Source: Myxococcales bacterium (GTDB taxonomy: Bacteria; Myxococcota; B64-G9). Taken from it: a DNA stretch of 42,067 nt. The notes under the pieces were generated by a model. The model was not told the DNA's origin. It ran no database searches and saw only the letters and a list, made by a program, of their open reading frames with translations. Both the position numbers and the translations under genes were made by a program. Of the stretch, positions 1 through 9,528 are shown one piece after another; within the stretch, counting starts at the first letter, position 1, and the number at the start of each line of letters is the position of its first letter. The stretch lies in the NCBI GenBank assembly GCA_027031935.1, contig JALVPF010000173.1, positions 1 to 42,067 of the forward strand. The letters are read 5' to 3'.

Positions 1-1
1 A

Positions 2-1828
2 TCCGATACTACGGAAACAAAGAGCGAAACAAAGACAGACAGCGAAACGAGCACAGCAGAAAGCAAGCCCGTGGAGCTCTCGGACGAGATGGCTTCGGAC
101 AAACCCCTGGATGCCGCTGACGATGATCTTCCTCCGCCCCCTCCCGGGTTCAAGGAGATCCGCATGGATGAGGTGGAGATGGCAAAGCCACCCCTGAACC
201 TCCTGGATTTGCATGGTTACCTGCGGCTTCGCGGCGACCTGATGAACGGCCTGGATCTGGGACTGGAACCCCGTCTCGGTTACGAGGGCGAAAGAGGCGC
301 TGCTTATCCACAATTTCCAAAACCGGCCACAGGAAAAGGGGACACCATCTCTGGTGCAAACATGCGCTTTCGCCTGGAGCCGACCATCAATATCTCTGAA
401 GATGTTCGCATAATGGCGCAGATCGACATGTTGGACAATATCATCCTGGGATCTACACCCGAGGGCTATCCCAAGAGCCTGTATTATCCTCTTGTGGCGT
501 TCAGCCAGGGGCAGCAACCACCGGTGGAAGGCGTCAATTCCACAAAGGACAGCATCCTGGTAAACCGTGTCTGGGGTGAGGTGATGACTCCCCTTGGCCT
601 GTTGCGCTTTGGAAGAATGGGCTCCGAATGGGGTCTGGGTCTGCTCGCAAATGACGGCGGTCCCATGCATTCGGACCAGGGACCTTTGGTAACCCGCAAG
701 GATCCCTTCTCTCCCACCGGGCATTGCTTCGACTGTGATTACGGGTCTACCGCCGACAGGATCATGTTCATCACCAAGATATTCGGCCACTATATAGTTC
801 CCATGATCGACTTCACCTCAGAAGGCCCCTACTTCACCCACGTAAACGAGTGGGGCGGACAGCCTTTTGATTTCGATCAGCTCGACGATGTCAATTCCTA
901 CATACTGGCCATAGCAAAGAGGGATAAACCAGAAGACATAGAACAGATGTTGAGTCAGGGGAAATGGTCACTCAATTATGGTCTGTATTTCGTGTTCAGG
1001 AACCAGGCCTATGACGCCATAGACTATCAGACCCAGAGCCCATATGATGGAAGGAACCAGACGGTGACGAACTACGCAGTGAGAAACGTAGAGGCATATA
1101 TCCCCGACTTCTGGATCCGTTTCATGATGGGCAAGCTGCGCATCGAAGCGGAGCTTGTGGGCATCTTTGGAAGGATGGGTTACGACGCCCAGAGCGGATC
1201 TCTGGATGCCGAAGGCAATCTCATTGACATCACGGATGTAAAGGGGCAGCAGATAAATCTGACCCAGCTCGGCGGTGTCGTTCAGGCCGACTACTTGATG
1301 CTGGACGATGCATTGAGGCTGGGCATGGAAGTGGGCTTTGCCTCTGGTGACGATTCTCCGGGATTTGGGGTAAGACCTTTTGACGAGAAGCAGTTCGAAC
1401 ACTCGGAAGGGGATAACGATATCAACAACTTCAGGTTTCATCCTGACTATCATGTGGACCTGATCTTGTGGCGGCAGATAATAGGAACGGTGACAGACGC
1501 AATCTATTTCAAGCCATCGGTGCAATACAATATAGCAGAGGGCCTGGGAGCAAAAGCCTCTGTCATCTATTCTTCGGCCATCTATTCCGATTCCACTAGA
1601 GGAAAGTCGAGCCCCTTGGGCCTCGAGCTGGATGTGGACTTTTTCTATTTCTCCGACGACAATTTCCATGCCGGCTTGAGCTACGGGCTCCTGGTTCCCT
1701 TTTCTGGAATGAACGACCTGGGTAGAAACGGTATAGTGGACTCGGGTGCCAACGTGGAAGAGTTCAACAAGGACACAAGCGCTGATTTGGCCCACAGGAT
1801 ATTGGGTCGCTTGGTGCTGTACTTCTAG
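2..1828 (+). CDS. TIGR04551-like myxobacterial outer-membrane beta-barrel protein (5'-truncated by the window)
   Basis: The frame is open from base 2 (SDTTETKSETK...). Motifs HGYLRLRGDL, ANMRFRLEPTINISEDVRI, TPLGLLRFGRMGSEWGLG and NFRFHPDYHVDLILWRQIIG, amphipathic strands and a terminal Phe (LVLYF) typical of OMPs. Confidence 0.75.
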   Translation, partial: SDTTETKSETKTDSETSTAESKPVELSDEMASDKPLDAADDDLPPPPPGFKEIRMDEVEMAKPPLNLLDLHGYLRLRGDLMNGLDLGLEPRLGYEGERGAAYPQFPKPATGKGDTISGANMRFRLEPTINISEDVRIMAQIDMLDNIILGSTPEGYPKSLYYPLVAFSQGQQPPVEGVNSTKDSILVNRVWGEVMTPLGLLRFGRMGSEWGLGLLANDGGPMHSDQGPLVTRKDPFSPTGHCFDCDYGSTADRIMFITKIFGHYIVPMIDFTSEGPYFTHVNEWGGQPFDFDQLDDVNSYILAIAKRDKPEDIEQMLSQGKWSLNYGLYFVFRNQAYDAIDYQTQSPYDGRNQTVTNYAVRNVEAYIPDFWIRFMMGKLRIEAELVGIFGRMGYDAQSGSLDAEGNLIDITDVKGQQINLTQLGGVVQADYLMLDDALRLGMEVGFASGDDSPGFGVRPFDEKQFEHSEGDNDINNFRFHPDYHVDLILWRQIIGTVTDAIYFKPSVQYNIAEGLGAKASVIYSSAIYSDSTRGKSSPLGLELDVDFFYFSDDNFHAGLSYGLLVPFSGMNDLGRNGIVDSGANVEEFNKDTSADLAHRILGRLVLYF

Positions 1829-1837
1829 TCTAGTCTC

Positions 1838-2005
1838 ATGATGCAATCCGGCACACAGCACCATTCTTTGCGGACAAGGATGCTGGGTGTCCTGCTTCTG
1901 CTGGTGCTTGCAGTATCGATGGCCTGTGGTGTCAAGGCGCCCCCAAAACCCCCCAAGATGGACAAGCCTGATGCTTCTGTGGGTCATGTCCGCCACGAGA
2001 GGTGA
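1838..2005 (+). CDS. Small lipoprotein, LptM/YifL-like (55 aa; absent from the ORF track)
   Basis: Hand translation MMQSGTQHHSLRTRMLGVLLLLVLAVSMACGVKAPPKPPKMDKPDASVGHVRHER*. It has a hydrophobic stretch, a lipobox Cys and CGVKAPPKPP. The TGA overlaps the dapA GTG (GTGA). Confidence 0.7.
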   Translation: MMQSGTQHHSLRTRMLGVLLLLVLAVSMACGVKAPPKPPKMDKPDASVGHVRHER

Positions 2006-2883
2006 TAAGCGTGTTTCAAGGAGTGTTTACGGCTTTGGTAACCCCCTTTGCAAAGGGGGCTGTTGATGTGGATGCTCTTCGGCTGATGGTTGACCGGCAG
2101 ATTCAGGCAGGTGTGCATGGTCTTGTGGTGTGTGGAACAACCGGCGAAGCTGCAGCCATGTCGGCAGATGAAAGGAAACAGGCAATACAGGCAGTGGCAG
2201 AGCAGGCCAAGGGGCGAGTGTCCGTGATAGCAGGCACCGGCTCCAACAATACCGCTGCTTGCATAAATGCCACAGAGCAGGCCGCATCATATGGAGTGGA
2301 TGCCGCGTTGGTGGTGACACCATATTATGTCAAACCTCCTCAACGAGGGCTGGTGGATCATTACAGCCAGGTGGCGAAAGTCGGACTACCCGTAGTTGCC
2401 TATAACGTGCCGTCCAGAACCGGTGTGAGCATCAAGCCCGATACGGCACGTCTGTTGTCAGAGATACCCGGGGTAGTGGCTCTGAAGGAAGCCTCTGGGG
2501 ATATGGTCCTGGGTGCCGAGATAATAAGACAAGTGGGACAGGGCTTTGCGGTATTATCTGGCGATGATGGGACCTTTTTGCCTTTTCTCAGTGTAGGCGG
2601 AGCCGGCTGTGTGTCCGTATTGTCCAACCTTGTTCCAAAAGAGGTGGTTGAACTCTACGAGGCGTTTATGGCTGGGGATTTGACCAAGGCGAAAGACTTG
2701 CATTTTAGGTTTTTGCCTCTGGTGCGCGCCCTGTTTTCAGAGTCCAATCCCATTCCCGTAAAGGCCGCCTTGGCCATGATGGGGCTGATGGGCGATGAGA
2801 TCAGAACACCTCTGAGTATCATGGAAGAAAAATCCAGGGAAAAATTGAGAGGAATTCTGGAAGAACTTGAATTGTTGGGGTGA
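2002..2883 (+). CDS. dapA: 4-hydroxy-tetrahydrodipicolinate synthase
   Basis: GTTGE, TPYY, YNVPSRTG, Schiff-base Lys in LKEASGD, SGDD, NPIPVKAA. Confidence 0.95.
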   Translation: MISVFQGVFTALVTPFAKGAVDVDALRLMVDRQIQAGVHGLVVCGTTGEAAAMSADERKQAIQAVAEQAKGRVSVIAGTGSNNTAACINATEQAASYGVDAALVVTPYYVKPPQRGLVDHYSQVAKVGLPVVAYNVPSRTGVSIKPDTARLLSEIPGVVALKEASGDMVLGAEIIRQVGQGFAVLSGDDGTFLPFLSVGGAGCVSVLSNLVPKEVVELYEAFMAGDLTKAKDLHFRFLPLVRALFSESNPIPVKAALAMMGLMGDEIRTPLSIMEEKSREKLRGILEELELLG

Positions 2884-2886
2884 AGC

Positions 2887-3660
2887 GTGATCGGTGTTTG
2901 TCTAAGCGGTGCCCGCGGAAGAATGGGCCGGATGCTATATCAGTTGATTGATGAGGCCGAAGATCTTTCGACGGTTTGCGCCTTAGAGCGACGTGGTCAT
3001 CCGGACTTGGGATGCGATTTGGGCCATGGGCTTTTGCTCACCGACGATGCTGCTGTGGGAATAGAAAAAGCCGACGTTCTTCTGGATTTCAGTTTGCCGG
3101 AAGCTGTCATCGAGCATGTATCCCTGGCGGCCAAATCCGGAGTGGCCGTTGTGACAGGAACAACAGGGCTGGATGAAGATCAGATGGCAGAGTTGAATCG
3201 TGCCGCATCTTCGGTGGCCGTGGTCTATGGGTCCAATATGAGTCGCGGCGTTTATGCTCTGGGCGAACTCGTCAGAAAAGCTGCTTCCATGCTTGGGCCG
3301 GAGTTTGACGTGGAAATACTGGAAGCCCATCACAAGGGGAAAAAGGATTCTCCTTCTGGTACGGCATTGCAGTTGGGTAAATCCGTGCAGGAGATTCGCG
3401 GTGGTCAACTCGTGTATGCACGGCAGGCACAGAGACAAGCTGGTAATATCGGTATCAGCTCCATTCGCGGTGGTGATGTGGTGGGCGATCACGAGGTGCT
3501 GTTTCTCGGCCCGGGGGAGAGGATCTCCATAACTCATCGGGCTACCACCAGGGAACATTTTTGTCGTGGTGCCCTGGAAGCCGTCAGGTTTGCAAATGGT
3601 CTTTCGCCCGGTTTCTATACCATGAAACAGGTCTTTGAACACAGGAGCAAGAAGGGATGA
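2887..3660 (+). CDS. dapB: 4-hydroxy-tetrahydrodipicolinate reductase
   Basis: GARGRMG, DFS, GTTG, EAHHKGKKDSPSGTA, RGGDVVGDHEV. Confidence 0.95.
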   Translation: MIGVCLSGARGRMGRMLYQLIDEAEDLSTVCALERRGHPDLGCDLGHGLLLTDDAAVGIEKADVLLDFSLPEAVIEHVSLAAKSGVAVVTGTTGLDEDQMAELNRAASSVAVVYGSNMSRGVYALGELVRKAASMLGPEFDVEILEAHHKGKKDSPSGTALQLGKSVQEIRGGQLVYARQAQRQAGNIGISSIRGGDVVGDHEVLFLGPGERISITHRATTREHFCRGALEAVRFANGLSPGFYTMKQVFEHRSKKG

Positions 3661-4823
3661 ATTTGAACTTGGCTCACAGAATGTCTCTGCTTGAGCCCTA
3701 TTTGTTTGCCGAGTTGGACAGAAAAAAAGCCGAGGCTTTGGAAAAAGGCGTGGATGTCATTTCCCTCAGCATAGGCGATCCGGATCTCCCTACTCCCCGG
3801 GAAATACGGGACGCTGCATGGCAGGCTCTCGGTGAACCTGAAAATCATCGCTATCCTGATTATGCCGGCTCTGACTCCTTCAGGAAAGCTGCGTCTACGT
3901 GGATGAAGCGCAGGTTTGGAATAGAACTGAATCCCGGCAAAGAGATCTCGGCCCTCATCGGTTCAAAGGAGGGTATCTTCCATACGGCTTTTGTGCTGGC
4001 AGGAGATGGAGATGTGGTTTTGTGTCCTGAACCCGCCTACCCGGTCTATGCCATCTCTACGCGTCTGGCCGGAGCCGAGCCTGTTTTCATGCCCTTGCTT
4101 GAAAAGAACGATTTTCTTCCTGACCTCTCTTGCATATCTTCATCTGCTGCACGCAAGGCCAAGGCTCTTTGGATCAACTACCCCAACAATCCAACGGGTG
4201 CAGTTGCAGACGAGGGCTTTTTACGCAATGCGGTGGAGTTCGCCCGCGAGAACGATCTGGTGCTGTGTTGCGACGCCGCGTATTCAGAGATTTCATTTGA
4301 TGGTTACAAGGCCTTGTCCATTTTCGAGATACCAGGCGCCGAGGATGTGGCAGTGGAATATCACTCCATGTCCAAAAGCTATAACATGACGGGTTGGCGT
4401 GTGGGTTTTGTGGCTGGTCGTGCTGACGTGGTACAGGCCTTGGCTGAGTACAAGTCGAATATGGACTCGGGCGTGTTTGGTGTGGTGCAGGCTGCGGCTA
4501 TAAGTGCCATGAATCTGTGGCCTGAGCCTGTGATAAACATATGCGATGTTTACAAGAAGCGTCGCGATGTTTTGGTCTCGGGCCTCAGGAGGGCCGGGTA
4601 TGATCCAGGCTTTCCCAAGGCCACCTTTTATGTATGGATGAAGGTGCCAGGAGGTGATGACAAGGAGTTTTGTACCACCTTGATAGAGCAGGCGGGTGTG
4701 GTTGCGACTCCTGGATCGGGATTTGGTCCCTCGGCCAAAGGATACGTTCGCTTCTCCCTGACAGTGCAGGACCATAGACTTGCTGAAGCAGTAGAAAGAA
4801 TTGTCTCCATGAATGCCGGATGA
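3657..4823 (+). CDS. dapL: Class I/II PLP aminotransferase, probably LL-diaminopimelate aminotransferase
   Basis: IGDPD, GSKEG, NYPNNPTG, DAAYSE, PLP Lys in SMSKSYNMTGWRVG; ATGA overlap with dapB. Substrate specificity is inferred from context. Confidence 0.75.
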   Translation: MNLNLAHRMSLLEPYLFAELDRKKAEALEKGVDVISLSIGDPDLPTPREIRDAAWQALGEPENHRYPDYAGSDSFRKAASTWMKRRFGIELNPGKEISALIGSKEGIFHTAFVLAGDGDVVLCPEPAYPVYAISTRLAGAEPVFMPLLEKNDFLPDLSCISSSAARKAKALWINYPNNPTGAVADEGFLRNAVEFARENDLVLCCDAAYSEISFDGYKALSIFEIPGAEDVAVEYHSMSKSYNMTGWRVGFVAGRADVVQALAEYKSNMDSGVFGVVQAAAISAMNLWPEPVINICDVYKKRRDVLVSGLRRAGYDPGFPKATFYVWMKVPGGDDKEFCTTLIEQAGVVATPGSGFGPSAKGYVRFSLTVQDHRLAEAVERIVSMNAG

Positions 4824-5337
4824 TCCCATGGAACATCGTGCCTTTCTCTCCATAGGAGCAAACCTGGGGGACAGACTCGCAACTTGCCTCATGGCCCTGG
4901 ATATGCTCCAGGCCACAGATGGGCTGGAGGTTATCTCCCGTTCTTCTGCCTATGAGACAGACCCGGTCGGATTTCTTGAGCAACCCTCTTTTGTCAACAT
5001 GGCAGCAGGTGTAGTCACCAGTCTCGAGCCCATGCAACTTCTTGTGACTTTGAAAGAAATAGAAAAAAAAGCCGGCAGGAGACCAGGGCTTCGCTGGGGA
5101 CCACGGGTACTGGATTTGGATATAGTTCTGTATGACGACCTGGTCCTGCATGAGCCCACATTGTCCATTCCTCACAAGCGAATGCATGAAAGGGCCTTTG
5201 TGTTAGTCCCCTTGAGCGAGATCGCACCCGAGATTATGCATCCCGGTCTCAAAAAGTCGGTGAAGGTACTGCTTTCAGACCTGGGTGAAGAGCCTGGGGG
5301 CGTAAGGAAGCTTGACGATCCAGTCAATAATGCTTGA
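4813..5337 (+). CDS. folK: 2-amino-4-hydroxy-6-hydroxymethyldihydropteridine diphosphokinase (start may be 4828)
   Basis: LSIGANLG, YETDPVG, FVN, RWGPRVLDLDI, IPH..MHERAFVLVPL. Confidence 0.95.
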   Translation: MPDDPMEHRAFLSIGANLGDRLATCLMALDMLQATDGLEVISRSSAYETDPVGFLEQPSFVNMAAGVVTSLEPMQLLVTLKEIEKKAGRRPGLRWGPRVLDLDIVLYDDLVLHEPTLSIPHKRMHERAFVLVPLSEIAPEIMHPGLKKSVKVLLSDLGEEPGGVRKLDDPVNNA

Positions 5338-5361
5338 CACCCAGTAGGCAACGCATAAAAT
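5334..5361 (+). promoter_or_regulatory. Sigma70-type promoter for fsa-etfB-etfA
   Basis: TTGACA (5334-5339), 16-nt spacer, TAAAAT (5356-5361), about 80 nt upstream of the fsa ATG. Confidence 0.6.
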
Positions 5362-5439
5362 TGCCGCGATTCATTAATTTTACGATCGTCCTGTGGCGAT
5401 CGCTCGATTCAACCTGGTTGAGAATGGAGGCATGGCAGA

Positions 5440-6087
5440 ATGAAGATCTTCTTGGATACCGCCGATGTGGGAGAGATCAGGGAAGGCGTGGCTATGGGCA
5501 TGGTAGATGGGGTAACTACGAACCCCACTCTGGTTTCCCGCACGGGCAGACCCTTCAAAGAGGTAATCGAGGAGATCTGCGGGATCGTCTCCGGCCCTGT
5601 TTCCGCAGAAGCGGTCAGCATGGATACACAGGGGCTTATAAAAGAGGCTAATGAACTTTCTTCCATAGCATCCAATGTGGTTGTAAAGATTCCCATGACC
5701 GTCGATGGTCTCAAGGCGGTGAAGGCTTGTGCGGAAAAGGGGATCAAAACCAACGTGACATTGGTGTTCCAGTCCCTTCAAGGTCTTTTGGCGGCAAAGG
5801 CAGGCGCTTCCTTCGTGAGCCCATTCGTGGGTCGCTTGGACGATTTGGCTGGCGAGGGAATGGACATGGTGGCAGAACTCCTGACCATGCTCAGCAACTA
5901 CAATTATTCAGCAGAGGTGATCGTAGCCAGCATTCGGCATCCCATGCACGTGGTTCAGTCCGCCATGGTGGGCGCGCACGTGGTAACGATTCCTTTCAAG
6001 GTTTTGAATTCCTTGACCAAGCACCCCTTGACCGATAGGGGTATAGAGGCATTCTTGAAGGATTACGAAAAGATTCCCAAGGGCTAA
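5440..6087 (+). CDS. fsa: Transaldolase / fructose-6-phosphate aldolase family protein
   Basis: [46 protein letters not shown]. Confidence 0.93.
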   Translation: MKIFLDTADVGEIREGVAMGMVDGVTTNPTLVSRTGRPFKEVIEEICGIVSGPVSAEAVSMDTQGLIKEANELSSIASNVVVKIPMTVDGLKAVKACAEKGIKTNVTLVFQSLQGLLAAKAGASFVSPFVGRLDDLAGEGMDMVAELLTMLSNYNYSAEVIVASIRHPMHVVQSAMVGAHVVTIPFKVLNSLTKHPLTDRGIEAFLKDYEKIPKG

Positions 6088-6105
6088 TCAGACAGGAGGT
6101 CAGCT

Positions 6106-6855
6106 GTGAAGATTCTCGTAACGGCAAAGCGGGTCACGGACCCGGATGTGAAGATCAAGGTAAAGCCCGATGGCAGCGGTATTGCAACGGAGGGCATAGA
6201 CTACAAGGTCAATCCTTTCGATGAGATCGCCATCGAAGAAGCCATCAGGATCAAGGAGAAAAACAAGGCCGAGGTGGTGGTGGTGAGCGTGGGCTCCAAG
6301 GAGGCCACCAAGGAGATCCGCTCTGGCCTTGCCATGGGTGGGGACAGGGGAATACTTGTTCTTACCGACGATCCCCTGGACGCCAACGCCGTGTCCAAGG
6401 TGCTCAAGGCGCTGGTGGAAAAAGAAAACCCGGACCTGGTGCTCATGGGCAAGCAGGCTGTTGATGGTGACAACAACCAGACGGGGCAGATGCTCGCGGA
6501 GATATTGGATTGGCCCCAGGCCTGTTTTGCTTCTGTGGTCGAGTTGGTTGACGACAGCAAGGCAAAAGTCACCCGCGAGGTAGATGGCGGATTCGACCAC
6601 GTGGAACTGGATCTGCCGGCGGTAATTACCGCTGACTTGCGCCTGAACGAGCCGCGCTATGCTTCGTTGCCTGGTATCATGAAGGCCAAGAGGAAGAAGA
6701 TCGAAGAGATAGAATTGTCCTCCATGGGACTCGATACCTCTCCAAAGGTCGTGTGGCACAAGTTCGGTACTCCCGCTGAACGACAGGCCGGAGAGATCGT
6801 TGCTGATGTACCTACCCTGGTCGCCAAGTTGCGCGACGAGGCCAAGGTCATCTGA
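6106..6855 (+). CDS. etfB: Electron transfer flavoprotein beta subunit
   Basis: NPFDEIAIEEA, GLAMGGD, GKQAVDGD, REVDGG, LNEPRYASLPGIMKAKRK; SD AGGAGG before the GTG. Confidence 0.95.
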   Translation: MKILVTAKRVTDPDVKIKVKPDGSGIATEGIDYKVNPFDEIAIEEAIRIKEKNKAEVVVVSVGSKEATKEIRSGLAMGGDRGILVLTDDPLDANAVSKVLKALVEKENPDLVLMGKQAVDGDNNQTGQMLAEILDWPQACFASVVELVDDSKAKVTREVDGGFDHVELDLPAVITADLRLNEPRYASLPGIMKAKRKKIEEIELSSMGLDTSPKVVWHKFGTPAERQAGEIVADVPTLVAKLRDEAKVI

Positions 6856-6883
6856 GCAAGAGCGAAAGGCAAGGAGGACGATC

Positions 6884-7852
6884 ATGGGTAATGCATTGAT
6901 AGTTGCTGAGTACAAGGGCGACGCGCTGAAGAAGGTGACCCGCGCTGCTTTTACTTTTGCAAAGGAATACACCACCAAGCAAGGCGGAGAGTTTCACATT
7001 CTGGTCTTGGGGCATAACCTGGGTGCGGTCGTGGATGAGTGCATGAGTTACGGTGCTGCCAAGGTTCACGTGGCTGACAACGAGAGCCTGGCCAACTACC
7101 TGGCGGAGAGCTATGCACAGGTGGTGGCACAGGTGGCCAAGGACTCTGGCGCCGAAGTGGTTGGTGCCACGGCTTCTGCCATGACCAAGGACCTGATGCC
7201 CAGAGTGGCTGCCAAGCTTGATGCAGGAATGGCCTCGGACATCATCGGCATCTCCGACGAGGGTTATTTCGACAGACCTGTTTGGGCTGGCAATGCCATC
7301 GTGTCCGCCGAGATCACCTCACCCGTCAAGGTTGTCACGGTGCGAGGTACGGATTTCGAGCCTGCTCCAAAGGGAGACGCAGGCGGTGAGAAGGTGGAAG
7401 TCACCGTGTCCGTGGATTTGGGCAGCCTGAAGAAACGCTTCGAGCAATTCGAAGAGGTCAAGTCTGACAGGCCGGAGCTGACCGAGGCCTCCATCATAGT
7501 CACCGGTGGTCGTGGAACCAAGGGTGACGAGGGTTTCAAGCTGGTGGAGGGTTTGGCTGACCTTCTGGGCGCAGCGGTGGGCGCAACGCGTGCTGCCGTG
7601 GACGCAGGGTGGGTTCCCAACGACCTGCAGGTGGGACAGACTGGAAAAGTGGTAGCCCCCGACCTCTACGTGGCAGCAGGGGTGTCCGGTGCCATTCAGC
7701 ATCTTGCCGGCATGAAGGGCTCCAAGACCATAGTTGCCATCAACAAGGACGAGGAAGCCCCCATTTTCCAGGTGGCAGACTATGGCCTGGTGGCCGATCT
7801 CTTCAAGGCCCTGCCTGAGATGGTTGAAGAAGTGAAAAAGGCCAAAGGCTGA
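6884..7852 (+). CDS. etfA: Electron transfer flavoprotein alpha subunit
   Basis: RPELTEA, GGRG, GATRAAVDAG, QVGQTGKVVAP, GVSGAIQHLAGM. Start moved to ATG 6884, which follows AAGGAGG. Confidence 0.95.
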   Translation: MGNALIVAEYKGDALKKVTRAAFTFAKEYTTKQGGEFHILVLGHNLGAVVDECMSYGAAKVHVADNESLANYLAESYAQVVAQVAKDSGAEVVGATASAMTKDLMPRVAAKLDAGMASDIIGISDEGYFDRPVWAGNAIVSAEITSPVKVVTVRGTDFEPAPKGDAGGEKVEVTVSVDLGSLKKRFEQFEEVKSDRPELTEASIIVTGGRGTKGDEGFKLVEGLADLLGAAVGATRAAVDAGWVPNDLQVGQTGKVVAPDLYVAAGVSGAIQHLAGMKGSKTIVAINKDEEAPIFQVADYGLVADLFKALPEMVEEVKKAKG

Positions 7853-7886
7853 TCCAATATAATCTGTAATAGATATTCATGATTAT

Positions 7887-7913
7887 GGTCCTCCCCTGGG
7901 AGGACCTTTTTTT
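7887..7913 (+). terminator. Rho-independent terminator after etfA
   Basis: GGTCCTCC-cctg-GGAGGACC hairpin followed by T7. Confidence 0.85.
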
Positions 7914-7920
7914 ATCGGTG

Positions 7921-7948
7921 GGACACTTCGCAAGGGACACTTGGCAAG
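7921..7948. repeat. 14-bp tandem direct repeat
   Basis: GGACACTTCGCAAG followed by GGACACTTGGCAAG (13/14 identical). Confidence 0.8.
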
Positions 7949-8025
7949 CCTGGACAAAAACCATAAGCAGTGGCAGCATGCCATTTCTGAATTCAGAGAT
8001 AATGCTTGTACGGGAGAAAGGGTTT

Positions 8026-8931
8026 TTGAAACTCCAATACTCGATGCTTCGTATCCTTCTGTTGCTTTTAGTTCTTGAGGGCCAGGCCTTTGCCCTTGTA
8101 GGGGTGCACATCGAAAACCGGGTTGGGTGTCTGGATGATGCCGACCTGGAGAAGAGACTGGATATACTGGTAAAAAATAAGGGCGGGGATGGTCATTTGT
8201 CGGTCAGTGTGGTGATTGCACCGGCCATAGATGGCCTTGTGTTATCCCTACGTGTGGTCATGAATGCAACAGGCGAGGTGGTCCTGGATCGTACCTTCCG
8301 GCTCAAGCCGGAGGATTGTCCAGGTGCCAACGATCTGCTGTCTGTGGTGCTCGAGCAATTTCTTTCTACATTTCCACTCGAGGAATGGATACTCAAGACC
8401 AGCCCACCCAAACCACCTCCACCTGAAAAGATCTTTCTCACACGAGATGTGGCTGAACTTGCGGGTTCGGCTTCTGTTGCAGTGGACAGTCGTTGGCCAT
8501 ATCCGAGCGCTGATCTGGAACTTGCTGTGTCCATAGACGTGGGCTCTTGCCGCAATCGTCTCATAGGTAGCACGGCTATACGGATTGGCATTCCCCACGA
8601 GTTGGGTAGCGGCAGCTATCTCGAAAGCATGGGAATGCTGGGAGTAGGGTGGCGATATGCAAGCCGTGGGTGGATGCTGAGAGTGGAGGCGCGCACTGGA
8701 GGCCTGCTCGTCTCAGGATATGGTTATAACACAAACTACCACCGCTGGTTGCTATGGGTAGAAGCCCAGGTGGGCATGATGTGGCAATGGAAAGGCATTT
8801 TACTGGGACCCCAGATTGCGGTGAGCCCTCTTTGGCACCAGGTTGAGACCACAGCCGGTGTCAACAGGCAACTGCCTTGGTTGCGTGTGGGCGTAGTTAT
8901 AGGTTTTCCTTTCTGGTACAAGAAATTTTGA
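8026..8931 (+). CDS. Secreted hypothetical protein: N-terminal Cys-pair domain, Pro linker, predicted C-terminal beta-barrel (start 8026 TTG or 8044 ATG)
   Basis: Signal peptide MLRILLLLLVLEGQAFA, PPKPPPP linker, alternating strands, aromatic C-terminus (FWYKKF). The ORF-track start at 7879 would overlap the etfA terminator. Confidence 0.6.
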   Translation: MKLQYSMLRILLLLLVLEGQAFALVGVHIENRVGCLDDADLEKRLDILVKNKGGDGHLSVSVVIAPAIDGLVLSLRVVMNATGEVVLDRTFRLKPEDCPGANDLLSVVLEQFLSTFPLEEWILKTSPPKPPPPEKIFLTRDVAELAGSASVAVDSRWPYPSADLELAVSIDVGSCRNRLIGSTAIRIGIPHELGSGSYLESMGMLGVGWRYASRGWMLRVEARTGGLLVSGYGYNTNYHRWLLWVEAQVGMMWQWKGILLGPQIAVSPLWHQVETTAGVNRQLPWLRVGVVIGFPFWYKKF

Positions 8932-8955
8932 AGGTTTTCCGCTTTGCCGGGAAAT
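8929..8955 (+). promoter_or_regulatory. Candidate ECF promoter, copy 1
   Basis: TGAAGGTTTTC-N9-GGGAAAT directly upstream of the ECF sigma gene; matches the copy at 10401. Confidence 0.55.
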
Positions 8956-8988
8956 CATAGTTAATGGTCAACGATCCTGAGTCTTAAA

Positions 8989-9528
8989 ATGAGTGAATCG
9001 GCGAGCGAGGAACTGGATGTTGGAAGTCTCTACGTGGAGTATGGATCGTTTTTATCCCGTACTATCGAGCGTTTGACAGGCGCTGGCGGACACGTTGACG
9101 ATTTATTGCAAGAGACCTTTGTTACCGCCTTTCGCAAGCGCAAGAGCTACGATAGGACACGGGCAGCCCCTGCAACATGGTTATATGGTATCGCCGCCAA
9201 CTTGTGTCGGCGCCACCATCGCTCCGCCAAACGTCTGGCCACCCTGAAGGCGAAGTATGTGCTGGAACAAGTCGGCCAAGCGCAAACAAGGCCCGATCAG
9301 CTGGCAGAAGAAGCGCAACGGGTTCAGATGGTTTACGAGGTGATGCAGAAATTGCCTTTCAAACAGAGGGAAGTGTTCAGTCTGTATGAACTGGAGGCCC
9401 TTGATGGCAACGCCATTGCGTCCATGCTCGGAATACCTCTAGGGACGGTGTGGACGCGCTTACATCATGCCCGCCAGAGGTTTGCCAAGCTTATGCAAAC
9501 CAGGCTTGAAAAAGAGGGACTGGCATGA
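8989..9528 (+). CDS. ECF-family RNA polymerase sigma factor
   Basis: Region 2 (DDLLQETFV, TWLYGIAAN) and region 4 (LPFKQREVF..ELE, IASMLGIPLGTVWTRLHHAR); 179 aa. Confidence 0.93.
   Translation: MSESASEELDVGSLYVEYGSFLSRTIERLTGAGGHVDDLLQETFVTAFRKRKSYDRTRAAPATWLYGIAANLCRRHHRSAKRLATLKAKYVLEQVGQAQTRPDQLAEEAQRVQMVYEVMQKLPFKQREVFSLYELEALDGNAIASMLGIPLGTVWTRLHHARQRFAKLMQTRLEKEGLA

Noticed and set aside
968-1996. 342-aa minus-strand ORF
   Set aside because: Antisense shadow of the OMP gene and the small lipoprotein; no recognisable motifs.
5334-5651. 105-aa ORF overlapping fsa
   Set aside because: Starts at the TTG of the TTGACA box and overlaps fsa out of frame.
6100-6978. 292-aa minus-strand ORF
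   Set aside because: Antisense shadow of etfB/etfA. The other long antisense ORFs (e.g. 15845-16726, 22206-22994, 23128-23982) are rejected for the same reason.
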